The notes beneath the pieces are model-generated. The model ran no database searches. It saw only the letters and a program-made list of their open reading frames with translations, and was not told the origin of the DNA. Below, piece after piece: positions 1-10,298 of a DNA stretch of 64,000 bases. The DNA is from an uncultured Acidobacteriota bacterium (GTDB lineage Bacteria; Acidobacteriota; Thermoanaerobaculia; UBA5066; Gp7-AA6). The position numbers were made by a program, and so were the translations under genes. Position 1 is the first letter of the stretch; each line of letters begins with the position of its first letter. The stretch spans positions 14,827 to 78,826 of the forward strand of contig CAWDSI010000035.1 of the NCBI GenBank assembly GCA_963804915.1, in the 5' to 3' direction.

Positions 1-27
1 AGAGGGGCCGGCGGGAGGATCCGCACC

Positions 28-871
28 ATGCGCGTCCGCCCTCCTGCCGTCGCCGGAGCTTTCTACGACGCGAGGCCGGATCGCCTCGAGCGGGACGTGC
101 GATCCCGCCTCGCCCTCGCGCGCGGCGGCTCCGACGCTCCTTCGCAGCCCCGGGCGGCCTTCGGCGCAATCGTGCCCCACGCCGGCTACGTCTATTCCGG
201 GCCCGTGGCCGCCGCCGCCTACGCGCGCCTGCGGATCCCGGCAGCGTGCGTGGTTCTGTGCCCCAACCACACGGGCCGGGGCGCTCCCGCCGCGCTCGAT
301 CCCTCCGAAGCGTGGAGGACGCCATTCGGCGACGTGCCGGTGGACCGCCGACTCGCCGGCCGGATGGCCGAGCTCGCGCCGTCGCTCGAGCTGGACGCCG
401 AGGCGCACCGCCGGGAGCATTCGCTCGAAGTCCAGCTGCCGTTTCTGCAGGTCCTGCGGCCCGACGTCACCTTCGTTCCGATCAGCATCGGCGAGCCGAG
501 CCTGGCGCTGTGCCGGGAGATCGGCGAGGCGTGCGCCACCCTTCGCGCCGAAGAGAGAGGATCCTCCGCTGCTGATCGCCTCGTCCGACATGAACCACTA
601 CGAGAGCCGCGAGATCGGGCGTCCCAAGGACGATCGAGCGCTCGCCCGGGTGCAGGCCCTCGACGCCGAGGGCCTCTTCCGGACGGTCCTGACCGAATCG
701 ATCTCGATGTGCGGCTTTCTGCCCGCCACCGCTCTCCTCTTCGCCGCCCGCGCCGCGGGGGCCGGCCCGGCCGCCGTCGTGGCGCGCCGGGACAGCGGGG
801 ACGAGACGGGAGATACTTCGAGCGTCGTCGGCTACGCCGGCGTCGTCATCGACGAAAAGGAGAATCCATGA
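28..871 (+). pseudogene. amrB: AmmeMemoRadiSam system protein B (MEMO1 family), one +1 frame break
   Basis: ORF 28.. reads MRVRPPAVAGAFYD..IVPHAGYVYSGPVAA..CPNHTG..HSLEVQLPFLQ. ORF 590..871 is in another frame and extends upstream as ..PPLLIASSDMNHYES..SMCGFLPA; it is the collinear C-terminal half. The junction lies in the purine run gaagagagagg (550-560). 844 nt = 281 codons + 1 nt. Confidence 0.8.
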
Positions 872-1427
872 GGATGGGAATCGGAGCGCTGCTCCTCGCC
901 GTGTCCGCGTCCGTCGCCGCCCAGACCGCGACGAGCCCCGCCCCGAAGCTCGACGTCAAGACGATCCCGCCGCGTCCGGACGACGTCGCGACGATCGACG
1001 GCATGGTGAAGGCGTACTACGAGGTCGTCTCGGGCCCGAAGGGCCAGCCGCGCGACTGGGCGCGGGATCGGACGCTGTACATCAAGGACATCCGGTTCGT
1101 GCCGGTCGACGTCGCGAAGGACGGGACGATCACGCCGCGGATCGTCGATCATCAGGCGTTCGCCGAGAGCTTCGAGCGTCGCTCGAGAAGGAAGGCTTCT
1201 TCGAGGACGAGATCCACCGCGTGACGGAGCGATTACGGCCCGATCGCGCACGTCTGGAGCACGTACGAATCGCGGCGCACGCTCGACGGACCCGGTGATC
1301 CAGCGGGGCATCAACTCGATCGAGCTCTTCTGGGACGGCAAGCGGTGGTGGATCGCGAACGCCATCTGGACCGACGAGACGCCCGCAGAACCCGATCCCG
1401 AAGCAGTACCTGCCGGGCGCGAAGTAG
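868..1427 (+). pseudogene. secreted NTF2/SnoaL-like small protein (tentative), at least 4 frame changes
   Basis: Signal peptide MRMGIGALLLAVSASVAAQ. Coherent sequence continues through frame 1 (868-1175 ..IVDHQAFAESFE), frame 0 (1182-1235 LEKEGFFEDEIHRVTE), frame 1 (1240-1290 PIAHVWSTYESRRTLDGP), frame 2 (1295-1395 IQRGINSIELFWDGKRWWIANAIWTDETPAEP) and frame 0 (1396-1427 IPKQYLPGAK*). ATGA overlap with the amrB stop. 560 nt minus a net 2 nt = 186 codons. Confidence 0.55.
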
Positions 1428-1487
1428 CGGTTGCCGCTTCCGGACGGCGTCTCCTGCGGCCGGGGCTTCACGTGGTCGGACTACCGA

Positions 1488-2339
1488 CTAGCGCGGCTCG
1501 GCCACGACCACGGCGTGGTACGAGGAGCCGGGATCGCCGGCGAGCATCCGCTCCTCCCGCGCGAGAAGCGATTCGACCGCCGCGTCGAACGCGGCTCGGG
1601 ACGGGCCCTCTGCCTGGTCCGGACGCCGGAGGCTCGGGTAGATCGGAGCGAGGAGATTTCCTCCGTAGTCGCGGCGCGCGAGAACGCGAAAGTGTCTCTC
1701 GACCGCCGGCAGGATGCCCGAAGACTCGATCGCCTCGGTGGGATCCTCGCGGTTGATCGGCCGGCGGATGACTCGCGTCCGGCGCACCGCCGCCGGCAGA
1801 CCCCGGTACAACCGGTTCCAGCGAAGCAGATGCCTCCACGTCCACTCCCCGCGCGCCGGACCGACGTACTCGTCGAGGTAGAGGATCCCGCGCGGGGAGA
1901 GCGCGGCGCGGACGAGGCCCAGGAAATCCGGAAGCCGGTCGAAATGGTGGAGCGAGGAATGGAACAGAACGGCGTCGAGCCCCCGCGCGCCGGCGAGAAA
2001 CTACCAGGCGTCGGCGGCGACGTAGGAGATCCGGTCCGCGAGGCCCGCCGCGGAGGCCGCGCTCCGTGCCTGCCCGACGGCTTCGACGCTCGCATCCACC
2101 CCCGTCACGCGAACGGCGACGCCGAGCTCCACGAGCGACCGTTCGAGGTTTCCCAGTCCGCACCCGATCGAAACGGCCCGCCGAAAGGGCAGGCGGTCGG
2201 GCACGACGCGCGGAAGCCACTCGATCGGCCACTGTCCCGGATCGCCCGTCACGCGCCGGTTGATCCAGGCCCGCACGGCCGGATGGTTCTGCCAGAGCTC
2301 GTCCCAGCCGTGCTTCCCGGGATCGGACCAGTAGGACAT
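1488..2339 (-). pseudogene. class I SAM-dependent methyltransferase interrupted by an in-frame TAG at 2001-2003
   Basis: SAM-binding motif VSIGCGLGNLE. ORFs 2001..2339 and 1488..1811 share one frame. The stretch between them (FLAGARGLDAVLFHSSLHHFDRLPDFL..YLDEYVGP) continues the fold directly after ..YVAADAW*. Confidence 0.75.
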
Positions 2340-2367
2340 GGGCAGCGCGGACGGCCCGGATCCTCCG

Positions 2368-3570
2368 CTAGGACGTGCCGTTCGGCGTTCCGGGAAGCAG
2401 CCCCTCGACCTGAAGCGTCCGCGGTCCCTTCGCGTCGCAGACGGCGTAGCGGACGCGGCGTCCCGTCTCTCCGGCCCATCCCTTCTCGTCGTCCTCGAGG
2501 GCGTACATGGCCACGCCCGCGAATTCCCCCTTCGCGTTGATGGCGTAGAAGTTGACGTTGAAGTTGGGATTGCCGGCGGAATTGAGGAGACGTTTCTCGA
2601 TCGTGTTCGACTTGATGCGCTTCAAGGCCTCCATGCCCGCGTCCTTGGGGTGCATGCCCCGCCGCATGCACTCGACGATGTAGTAGGACGACAGGTTGTA
2701 GAGATTGGCCTCGCCGCGGCCCGTCGAGCCGGCCGCGCCGACCTGGCCGTCGACGTAGAGCCCGGCGCCCAGGATCGGCGAATCTCCGACGCGGCCCGGG
2801 ATCTTGAAGAAGAGGCCCGACGTCGTGGTCACGCCGCAGATCTCGCCCTTGGCGTTGATCCCGTCGCAATTGATCGTTCCGTACATCTTGGAGGCCGGAA
2901 AAAATCCCTCCGCGGCCATCTGCCGGCGCGCCGCGTCCGCCATCCGGAGGCGCTCCTCGTCGTTGCGAAACACGATCTCGCGCGACTTCGGCGTCAGGTA
3001 GTGGCCGGGGTCGGTCCGCTGCTTCCACTCGAGCCAGAGCTTCAGGGAGAGCGGCGTGTTGAGATCCTCCTCGATCGTGAACCCCATGTTGCGCGCGAAG
3101 TTCTGGGCGCCCTTGCCGACGAGGAGATGATGGTCCGTCTTGTTCATGACCTCGCGCGCGACGCGCGAGGGGGTCTTCACTCCCTCGAGGGACGCCACGC
3201 CGCCCGCGCGCTTGAGGGGACCGTGCATGCAGGAGGAGTCGAGCTGGACGATGCCGTCGGCGTTCGGCACGCCGCCGTAGCCGACGCTGTAGTCCTCCGG
3301 GTCGAGCTCGACGATGTTGACCCCTTCGATCAGGGCGTCGAGCACGTCGGTGCCCGCCATCATCAGGCTGTACGCCTTCTCGACGCAGGTCTGTGAGCCG
3401 CCGTTCTTGAACCAGTTGCCGTTCGCGGACGAGATGACGACCGGCTGCGCCGCCCCGCTCGGAACCACCGCCGGCGCCCGGCCGAACGCTCCTCGCGTCG
3501 CCGTCGCCGCCGCGACTCCCGCCGCCGTGCCCGTCCGCACGAAGTCCCGCCGCGTGATCCGTCGCCGCAT
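2368..3570 (-). CDS. Ntn-hydrolase of the asparaginase / glycosylasparaginase / isoaspartyl-peptidase family, Tat-exported
   Basis: 400-aa intact ORF. Twin-arginine leader MRRRITRRDFVRTGTAAG. Family motifs GTINCDG, VTTTSG..KIPGRVGDSPILGAGLYVD..GAAGSTGRGE. Confidence 0.8.
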   Translation of the reverse strand: MRRRITRRDFVRTGTAAGVAAATATRGAFGRAPAVVPSGAAQPVVISSANGNWFKNGGSQTCVEKAYSLMMAGTDVLDALIEGVNIVELDPEDYSVGYGGVPNADGIVQLDSSCMHGPLKRAGGVASLEGVKTPSRVAREVMNKTDHHLLVGKGAQNFARNMGFTIEEDLNTPLSLKLWLEWKQRTDPGHYLTPKSREIVFRNDEERLRMADAARRQMAAEGFFPASKMYGTINCDGINAKGEICGVTTTSGLFFKIPGRVGDSPILGAGLYVDGQVGAAGSTGRGEANLYNLSSYYIVECMRRGMHPKDAGMEALKRIKSNTIEKRLLNSAGNPNFNVNFYAINAKGEFAGVAMYALEDDEKGWAGETGRRVRYAVCDAKGPRTLQVEGLLPGTPNGTS

Positions 3571-3686
3571 GTCGCCTCCTCCTGTGCGTGTCGTGACGCG
3601 CAGTCTATCTCCGGATCTCGCCGGCTCCCCATCTCGCCGGCCCTTGCCGAGTCCTCGCGGAGCGGCTAGGCTCGTGCTCTCACTCC

Positions 3687-4808
3687 ATGGCGCCGATGGA
3701 TTTCGAAGGCCACGTTCTCGCGGAGCCGGTGACGACGCTCCCCGGCGAGTACTACGTTTCGCCGGAGGTCTTCGCGCGCGAGGCGCGGACCATCTTCTCC
3801 CAGCGCTGGCTCTGCGCCGGCCGTGCGGATGCCCTGCCGGCGCCCGGCGACTACGCGCTTTTCGAAACCGCGGGCGAGAGCCTCATCCTCGTCCGAGGCA
3901 AGGACGAGCGGCTCCGCGCTTTCTTCAACGTCTGCCGGCACCGCGGGACGCGCCTCTGCGAGGCCGGCTCCGGACACTTCGCCGGAGGGATCCAGTGCCC
4001 GTACCATGCCTGGACCTACGGCCTCGACGGCGCGCTCGTGGGCGCCCCGCACATGGCCGACGTGCCCTGGTTCGAGAAGACCGACCACCCGCTGGTTCCC
4101 GCGGTGGTCGCCGAATGGGAGGGCTTCGTTTTTCTCAGCCTCGCCGAGCGGCCGCGCCCGCTGGAGGACGTCCTGCGCCCGCTCCTCGGCCGCTTCGCGC
4201 CCTGGCGGCTGGGCGCGCTCGTGTCCGCGCGGCGGATCGTCTACGACGTGCGCGCCAACTGGAAGCTCATCTTCCAGAACTTCTCGGAGTGCTATCACTG
4301 CCCGCCGGTCCATCCGGCGCTCGCGAAGCTCTCCCACTACCGGAGCGGCGCCAACAACCTCCGGGAGGGCGGAATCCTCGGCGGATACATGATCATCAAC
4401 GCCAAGGGCGGCAGCCTCACGATGAGCGGCCGCCTGTGCGGAGCGCCGCCCGCCGACCTTCCCGAGGAAGAGCGCCAGCGCGTGTACTACTACTCCGTCT
4501 TTCCCTCGTTCTTCCTGACCGTCCAGCCCGATTTCGTCATGGTCACGCGCCTCTTGCCGCGCGCGGTGGACCGGACGGAGGTCGTGTGCGAGTGGCTCTT
4601 CTCTCCCGAGGCCGCCGCCGCGCCGGGCTTCGATCCCTCGGACGGCGTCGAGATCTGGGACGTCACGAACCGCCAGGACTGGCACATGTGCGAGCGCGCG
4701 CAGCAGGGCGTCTCCTCCCGCGCCTATCGCCCGGGCCCCTACTCGAAGGACGAGAGCCTCCTCGCCGCCTTCGATCGCGAATACCTCCGAAGCCTCTCCG
4801 GGAGCTAG
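3687..4808 (+). CDS. Rieske (2Fe-2S) aromatic-ring-hydroxylating oxygenase alpha subunit family
   Basis: 373-aa intact ORF. Rieske motif CRHRGTRLC..x..CPYHAWTY. C-terminal catalytic domain with ECYHCPPVHP. Confidence 0.85.
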   Translation: MAPMDFEGHVLAEPVTTLPGEYYVSPEVFAREARTIFSQRWLCAGRADALPAPGDYALFETAGESLILVRGKDERLRAFFNVCRHRGTRLCEAGSGHFAGGIQCPYHAWTYGLDGALVGAPHMADVPWFEKTDHPLVPAVVAEWEGFVFLSLAERPRPLEDVLRPLLGRFAPWRLGALVSARRIVYDVRANWKLIFQNFSECYHCPPVHPALAKLSHYRSGANNLREGGILGGYMIINAKGGSLTMSGRLCGAPPADLPEEERQRVYYYSVFPSFFLTVQPDFVMVTRLLPRAVDRTEVVCEWLFSPEAAAAPGFDPSDGVEIWDVTNRQDWHMCERAQQGVSSRAYRPGPYSKDESLLAAFDREYLRSLSGS

Positions 4809-4818
4809 GCCGCTCGAC

Positions 4819-6243
4819 GTGCGGCGCTCGCTGACGTTCCAGGTGGTCGCCGCCCTCGCGGCCGGCCTCGCTCTCGGAACGGCCGCCTCGTTTTCGAAAG
4901 ATCCTCGGTGGACGCGCCTCGCCGGAGCTCTCGAGCCCGCGGGGACGCTCTGGGTCAACGCCATCCTGATGACGGTGCTCCCGCTCGTCGTCTCGGGCCT
5001 CGTCGTGGCGATCGTGACGGCCGCCCGCACGGGGCTCGTGGGAAGACTCGGGGGAAGAGCCGCGGCGCTTTTTCTCCTGCTGCTCGTGCTCGCGACGGCG
5101 GCCGCGGCCCTCGTCGTCCCGCGGCTCGCGGCGGCGCTGCCCGTGAGCGAAGCGGTCGAGGCGCGGTTCCGGGAGAGCCTGGCCGGCGCGGCCGCCACGA
5201 CCGTCCCGAAGGTGACCGTGGGCGACTGGATCGCCAACCTGCTTCCGTCGAACGTCTTCAAGGCCGCGGCCGACGGAGCGATGCTTCCTCTGGTTCTCTT
5301 CGCGATCCTCTTCGCGGTCGGCGCGAGCCGCGTGTCCGAAGGGCCGCGCGAGACGCTGGTCGGCTTCTTCCGCGGAGTCTCCGAGACCATGACCGTGCTG
5401 CTCTCGGGAATCATCCGCCTCGCCCCCGTGGCCGTCTTCGCGCTTTCGCTCGCCCTGGCGGCTCGCGTCGGGCTCTCCGCGACGGCCGAGCTCGGAGCCT
5501 ACGTCCTCGTGCTTTCGGGCCTCTGCGTGGCGTTGATTCTGGGCCTGCTCCTCGTACCGTGGGCTCTCGCGCGCGTTTCGCCGGCCCGCTTCGCGCGCGC
5601 CGCGGCTCCGGCCCAGCTCGTCGCCTTCGCCGCGCACTCTTCGCTGGCCTCTCTGCCCGCGATGCTCGACGGCGCGGAACGCGTCCTCGGAATCCCGAAG
5701 CCCGTTTCGCGATTCACGCTGCCGCTCGCGGTTTCGACCCTCAAGGTCTCCGGGCCCGTCCACTGTCTCACCGCCGCCTATTTCGTCGCCCGGCTGACCG
5801 GCACGGCGATCCCGCCGGCGGAGCTCGTGTCTCTCGCCGTCCTGTCGCTGGTCCTGAGCTTCAGCCTCCCCGGAGTCCCCCACGGCGCGATCCTGGTCAC
5901 CGCGCCGGTGCTCGCGGCCGCCGGTCTGCCGACGGCGGCGGTCGCCCTGCTGCTCGCCGTGGACTCGATCCCGAACGCGTTTCGCAGCGCCGCCAACTCC
6001 ACGGGCAACATGGTTGTGGCCGCAATCCTCGGAGCTCGCTTCGCGCCCCCGCCGAGGACGGGCCCGCGGCGGAGCGCGACGCCGCGTCGGCGCCGGGCTA
6101 GATCGTGTCTTCGGAGACGATTCCCCGGGCCGCCCTTCGAATGTCCTCGGCCACGCCCACGGGACCGGCGACGACGTTGCCCCGCTCGAGATAGCGCGTC
6201 CCGCCGTCGAAGTCCGTCAGGACGCCGCCGGCCTCGGATATGA
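4819..6243 (+). CDS. dicarboxylate/amino acid:cation symporter (DAACS/GltP family); true 3' end probably 6101
   Basis: Multi-TM sequence typical of the family (..[14 protein letters not shown].., ..SSLASLPAM.., ..[12 protein letters not shown]). The last ~60 codons are Arg/Pro noise overlapping convergent suhB. Adding one C to the C5 run at 6046-6050 gives ..[20 protein letters not shown] ending at 6101. Confidence 0.75.
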   Translation: MRRSLTFQVVAALAAGLALGTAASFSKDPRWTRLAGALEPAGTLWVNAILMTVLPLVVSGLVVAIVTAARTGLVGRLGGRAAALFLLLLVLATAAAALVVPRLAAALPVSEAVEARFRESLAGAAATTVPKVTVGDWIANLLPSNVFKAAADGAMLPLVLFAILFAVGASRVSEGPRETLVGFFRGVSETMTVLLSGIIRLAPVAVFALSLALAARVGLSATAELGAYVLVLSGLCVALILGLLLVPWALARVSPARFARAAAPAQLVAFAAHSSLASLPAMLDGAERVLGIPKPVSRFTLPLAVSTLKVSGPVHCLTAAYFVARLTGTAIPPAELVSLAVLSLVLSFSLPGVPHGAILVTAPVLAAAGLPTAAVALLLAVDSIPNAFRSAANSTGNMVVAAILGARFAPPPRTGPRRSATPRRRRARSCLRRRFPGPPFECPRPRPRDRRRRCPARDSASRRRSPSGRRRPRI

Positions 6244-6907
6244 GCAGGGCGCCCGCCGCCACGTCCCACGGCGCGAGGCGGAACTCGAAGAAGCCGTCGA
6301 ACACTCCGGCCGCGACGTAGGCGAGGTCGAGGGCCGCCGAGCCGGCGCGCCGGATCGCCCGGGCGTGCACGAACACGGCCTTGAAAAGCGCCAGGTAGGA
6401 ATCGATCTTGTGGCGGTTGCGGAAGGGAAAGCCGGTCGCGACGAAGGCGCCGTCGAGGCCCGGCCGGCCGGTCACGGAGAGGCGCGTCCCGTTGCGCCAG
6501 GCGCCCCCTCCCCGCTCGGCGGTGTACATCTCGTCGCGCAGCGGATCCCACACGACGGCGGCCACCAGGTCGTCGCCTTCGCGGGCGGCGATCGAGACGC
6601 ACCAGAACGGAAAGCCGGAGACGAAGTTGGACGTCCCGTCGAGCGGATCGATGATCCAGGTGCGGGAGCCGGGGCGGGCCTCCCCGCCTCCATGCGTTCC
6701 GCCCTCCTCGCCGAGAAACGCGTCCCCGGGAAACCGGCCGCGCAGGACGCCGACGATGCGCTCCTCGCTCTCCCGGTCGGCGAGTGTCACGAAGTCGTTC
6801 TTCTTCTTCTCCTCGACCGAGCCGTGCGGCAGGTTGCGCCAGTTGGCGGAAAGCACGCGGCCGCCGGCCACGGCGGCGTCGACGGCGGCGTCGAGAAGCG
6901 CGCTCAC
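6098..6907 (-). CDS. suhB: inositol monophosphatase family protein
   Basis: C-terminal 269 codons of the artefactual ORF 6098..9721. Motifs [12 protein letters not shown] and [15 protein letters not shown] start overlaps the upstream stop (GTGA). Confidence 0.85.
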   Translation of the reverse strand: MSALLDAAVDAAVAGGRVLSANWRNLPHGSVEEKKKNDFVTLADRESEERIVGVLRGRFPGDAFLGEEGGTHGGGEARPGSRTWIIDPLDGTSNFVSGFPFWCVSIAAREGDDLVAAVVWDPLRDEMYTAERGGGAWRNGTRLSVTGRPGLDGAFVATGFPFRNRHKIDSYLALFKAVFVHARAIRRAGSAALDLAYVAAGVFDGFFEFRLAPWDVAAGALLISEAGGVLTDFDGGTRYLERGNVVAGPVGVAEDIRRAARGIVSEDTI

Positions 6908-8970
6908 GGCGCGGCCTCGGCGATGGCGCGGAACCCGTCGAGAACCGCCTTCCGGGCGGCCGCGGCGTTTTCCGGCTCGAACCTCGCCCAGTAGACGCCC
7001 CGCCACCAGGGCGCGCCGGTCAGGGCGCGATAGCGCGCGCCAATCGCCCGGACGTCGGCGGTCGCGGCGCGCGTGACCACGACGGGCTTTCCCGAAAGCC
7101 GGCGCGAGAGCTCCGCGAGCGGCCTCGCCTCGGCCCGCGCGGCGTCCAGAAGGGCCGACTCGGTCACCTTCTCGCCGCGCGGCAGCGGGTCGACGAGCTC
7201 GACGCCGATCGCATCGAGGGCGTCCCAGAATGGAACGTACGTCGCCGTCGAGGGCGACGCCGCGTACGTCAGGGCGGCTCCCGTGGCCAGCCGCACGGCG
7301 GCGATCGCCTGTTTCCACTCGTTCTTCTGCTCCTCCGTCGAGGTCAGCCCGGCGCCCACGACGAAGAGGTCCGCTCCCGCCGCCTCCGCCACGACCGCTT
7401 CGTGGACCACGAACCGGCGGTACGCCGCGAACCATCCCGCCCAGGCCGCCTCGCCCGTCACGGCGATCTGTCCCGCCGGCACGCCGCCGGCCACGAGGAG
7501 CTCCGGCGAGACCGCCGCAGTCATGCCCGCGGCGTGCGCGTCGCCGATGGCGTGGAGGAGGCCCTCGTCGGTCTCGCCGCGCGCTCCCCGACGCACGAAG
7601 AGGATCTCGTTCGCCTCGGGTCCGCGCATGAGCGCGCCCGGCCGCAGAGCGATCGAGTTGAACCCCTCCGCGGCCACACCCGCGAGCGCCTCGCGCGAGC
7701 GCGCGGAGACGTACGCGTCCTCGAGCGTCTCGGGCGCGGGATACGTCACGCCGCGCAGAAACCCTTCCGGCATCGGACGGCGCGCCGGAGGCTTGACGCT
7801 CTGGCGCTCGGCCGCCGAGCGCCAGCGGCCGAGGTTCTTCGCGAGGACCGCGTCGGCCTGTCCGAGAGACTTCTCGACGCCCGCCTCGTTCTCGAGGCGC
7901 GCCCCGGCGTCGAGCCAGGATGCGACGGTTCCGACGTCGAGAACCGGCGAGATCGATTCCGCCGACGCGAGCACATCCGGGATCGACGGCTCCACCCCCG
8001 CGGCGCGGGCGAACGCCGCAAACGTCTTGACGTCCCGGCCCCACCACCGGCCCGCGCGGCGAGCTCCCGCCGCCGCGAGCAGGACCGGACGCTTCAGAAG
8101 CGAGGCGTCGGCGAGGGCGAGACCGGCGGCGGCAAACACCGGGGTGACGAGATCGGGCTCCGCCGGCGCCGACGCGTCGACATCGATCCGAAGCGCGCCG
8201 GCTTCGCCGTCGAGGTCCGCCGGCCTGGCGGATCCGGTGAGGATGGCCTTGGTCACGGCGTCCGGATAGAGGCGCACCGTCAACCTGTCCTTGCCCTTCG
8301 GCTTTCCGACGAATCGCGCGGCGACCTTCTCCCACTGCGCCGCCGCGGGCTCCACGCTCTCGGGATATTCCCAGACGACCGCGCCGCGGGTCCGGCGCTT
8401 CAGCTCCGCCAGGAAGGCGTTGCGCTGGGCGATGCGGTCGCGGTCGGACGCAGGATCGACGTGGAGCCGGCCGTCCCGACGCTCGAACTTGCCCTCGCGG
8501 GACACCTCGCCCGAGATCACCTCGTAGTCGGTATCGCCGGGCGCGGCGAGCCACCGGGCCGCGAGGCTCAGCACCGCGGGAACGGAGTTGCCGAGCACGA
8601 CGATCTCGGCGCGGGTCGACGTGGTCAGACGCACGGCCTCGTCCGAGCGGCGATACGGGCTGCCGTCGAAAACGAATCCGCCCGACTCGATCTTCACCGG
8701 GAACACCAGGACCGCGTCGCGAAACCGGTCCGAGGGTGGAAGCGTCGAGAGTCGGAGGAGGTCGAAGCCCCTCTGCACGGCTCCGCCCTCCGCCGCGATC
8801 TCCACTTCGACGCCCCGTGCCCGCGCTCGCGCCGCCAGATCCTCGAGCGCCGCTTCGGTGAAGTCCGCCGGAGCCTGGATGACGACCTTCCGGACGGGGG
8901 CGGCGAGGGCGGAGGAGGCCGCCGCGAGGAAAACCAGGGACGTGATCAGGAACCGGAGGAAGGAGCGCAC
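6904..8970 (-). CDS. secreted hypothetical protein; C-terminal part looks like a TIM-barrel glycoside-hydrolase-like domain (tentative)
   Basis: 688-aa intact ORF. Signal peptide [23 protein letters not shown]. Sensible codon structure throughout. No motif I can name with certainty. Confidence 0.6.
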   Translation of the reverse strand: MRSFLRFLITSLVFLAAASSALAAPVRKVVIQAPADFTEAALEDLAARARARGVEVEIAAEGGAVQRGFDLLRLSTLPPSDRFRDAVLVFPVKIESGGFVFDGSPYRRSDEAVRLTTSTRAEIVVLGNSVPAVLSLAARWLAAPGDTDYEVISGEVSREGKFERRDGRLHVDPASDRDRIAQRNAFLAELKRRTRGAVVWEYPESVEPAAAQWEKVAARFVGKPKGKDRLTVRLYPDAVTKAILTGSARPADLDGEAGALRIDVDASAPAEPDLVTPVFAAAGLALADASLLKRPVLLAAAGARRAGRWWGRDVKTFAAFARAAGVEPSIPDVLASAESISPVLDVGTVASWLDAGARLENEAGVEKSLGQADAVLAKNLGRWRSAAERQSVKPPARRPMPEGFLRGVTYPAPETLEDAYVSARSREALAGVAAEGFNSIALRPGALMRGPEANEILFVRRGARGETDEGLLHAIGDAHAAGMTAAVSPELLVAGGVPAGQIAVTGEAAWAGWFAAYRRFVVHEAVVAEAAGADLFVVGAGLTSTEEQKNEWKQAIAAVRLATGAALTYAASPSTATYVPFWDALDAIGVELVDPLPRGEKVTESALLDAARAEARPLAELSRRLSGKPVVVTRAATADVRAIGARYRALTGAPWWRGVYWARFEPENAAAARKAVLDGFRAIAEAAP

Positions 8971-8997
8971 GGCGGAAGGGCGGTGGGTCGCGGACGA

Positions 8998-10298
8998 CTA
9001 GATCTCGGCCCTCTGCCAGATCACGGCGCCGCCGACGATCGTCGCGGCGGGAGCGCCGACGAGCTCCCAGCCGGCGAAGGGCGTGCTGCGGCCCTTGGAG
9101 ACGAATTTGTGCGGATCGACCTTCCAGCGCGCTTCGGGATCGAAGAGGGTCACGTCCGCCGGCGAGCCCGGAGCGAGCGTGCCCGCCCGGAAGGCCGAAC
9201 ACGCGCGCCGGCCCGGCCGAGAAGAGGGAGACGAACCGGTCGAGCCCGAGGCGGCCGCGCGCCACGAGACGGTCATGGACCACGGAGGCGGCCGTCTCGA
9301 GACCGACGATCCCGAAGGGGGCCGAGTCGAAGTCCACGGCCTTCTCGTCGGCGTGGTGCGGCGCGTGGTCGGTCGCGATGGCGTCGATCGTTCCGTCCTG
9401 AATCCCCGCGAGGAGGGCCACGATGTCCGACGCTTCGCGCAGCGGCGGATTCATCTTGGTCCGGGTCGAGAAGCACGAGGTGGCGACCTCCTCGTCCGTC
9501 AGGAGGAGATGGTGCGGCGTGACTTCGCACGTCACGGCGATGCCCTCCGCCTTCGCCGCGCCGCACGAGCTCGAGAGCACGCGCCGTCGAGAGGTGGGCG
9601 ACGTGGAGACGTCCGCCGGCGAGCTCCGCGACGAGCAGATCGCGCGCCAGCGGCCACCGCCTCGGCCATCGCCGGCTGTCCGGCCAGGCCCGAGGCGCGC
9701 CGAGACGGCGCCCTCGTGCATCGGCGAGTGGAACGAGAGGCGTCGGGTCCTCGCAGTGCTGGACGATGGCCTTCCGAAGAGACCGGCGTGCTCGTAGGCA
9801 TGCCGAAGGAGCGCCGCCGTCGGCCAGCCAGTGCCCGTCGTCCGAGAACGCGACGGCGCCCGTCGTCGACGAGCTCACCGAAGGCCGTCATCTCCTGGCC
9901 CTTCTGCCCCATCGTGATGGCGGCGATCGGATGAGCCGCGGCCCGCCGAGCTCCCGGCGGCCCGGGTGCGAATGAACTCGCAGACCTCGCGGGTGTCGTT
10001 GACGGGAGACGTGTTCGGCATCGCGCACACCGCCGTGAAGCCGCCGGCGGCGGCGGCGGCGAGACCCGTGTGGATCGTCTCGGCGTACTCCCGACCGGGC
10101 TCTCGCAGGTGGGTGTGAAGGTCGATGAAGCCCGGGAAGACGCAGAGCCGCGACGCGTCGAAGACGCGGGCGTCGCCGGCCGTCGATCTCGTCGCCGACC
10201 TCGGCCACCGGCCGTCCTCGAGCAGCACGTCGAAACGGCCGTCGCGCCCGGCCGCCGGGATCCACGAGCCGCCCGCCGCGCACGAGCAGCCGGCTCAC
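8998..10298 (-). pseudogene. pyrC: dihydroorotase, about 12 frame changes as sequenced
   Basis: Family sequence is readable piecewise in all three frames: [14 protein letters not shown] / GRDGRFDVLLEDGR / VAEVGDEIDG / ARVFDASRLCVFPGFIDLHTHLREPG..NTSPVNDT / [27 protein letters not shown] / [16 protein letters not shown] / [14 protein letters not shown] / [12 protein letters not shown] / [16 protein letters not shown] / [12 protein letters not shown] / [22 protein letters not shown] / [30 protein letters not shown] / [27 protein letters not shown]. The GTG start overlaps the pyrB stop. Confidence 0.85.

Noticed and set aside
2001-2003. The in-frame TAG as pyrrolysine or programmed read-through.
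   Set aside because: There are no pyl genes in the window and only this single instance. Other genes use TAG as an ordinary terminator (for example suhB, the asparaginase-family gene and the coiled-coil gene). A point mutation is simpler.
9001-10298. Programmed ribosomal frameshifting as an explanation for the frame changes.
   Set aside because: There are far too many events, they go in both directions, and there are no slippery heptamers or downstream structures. Essential single-copy genes are affected in different ways.
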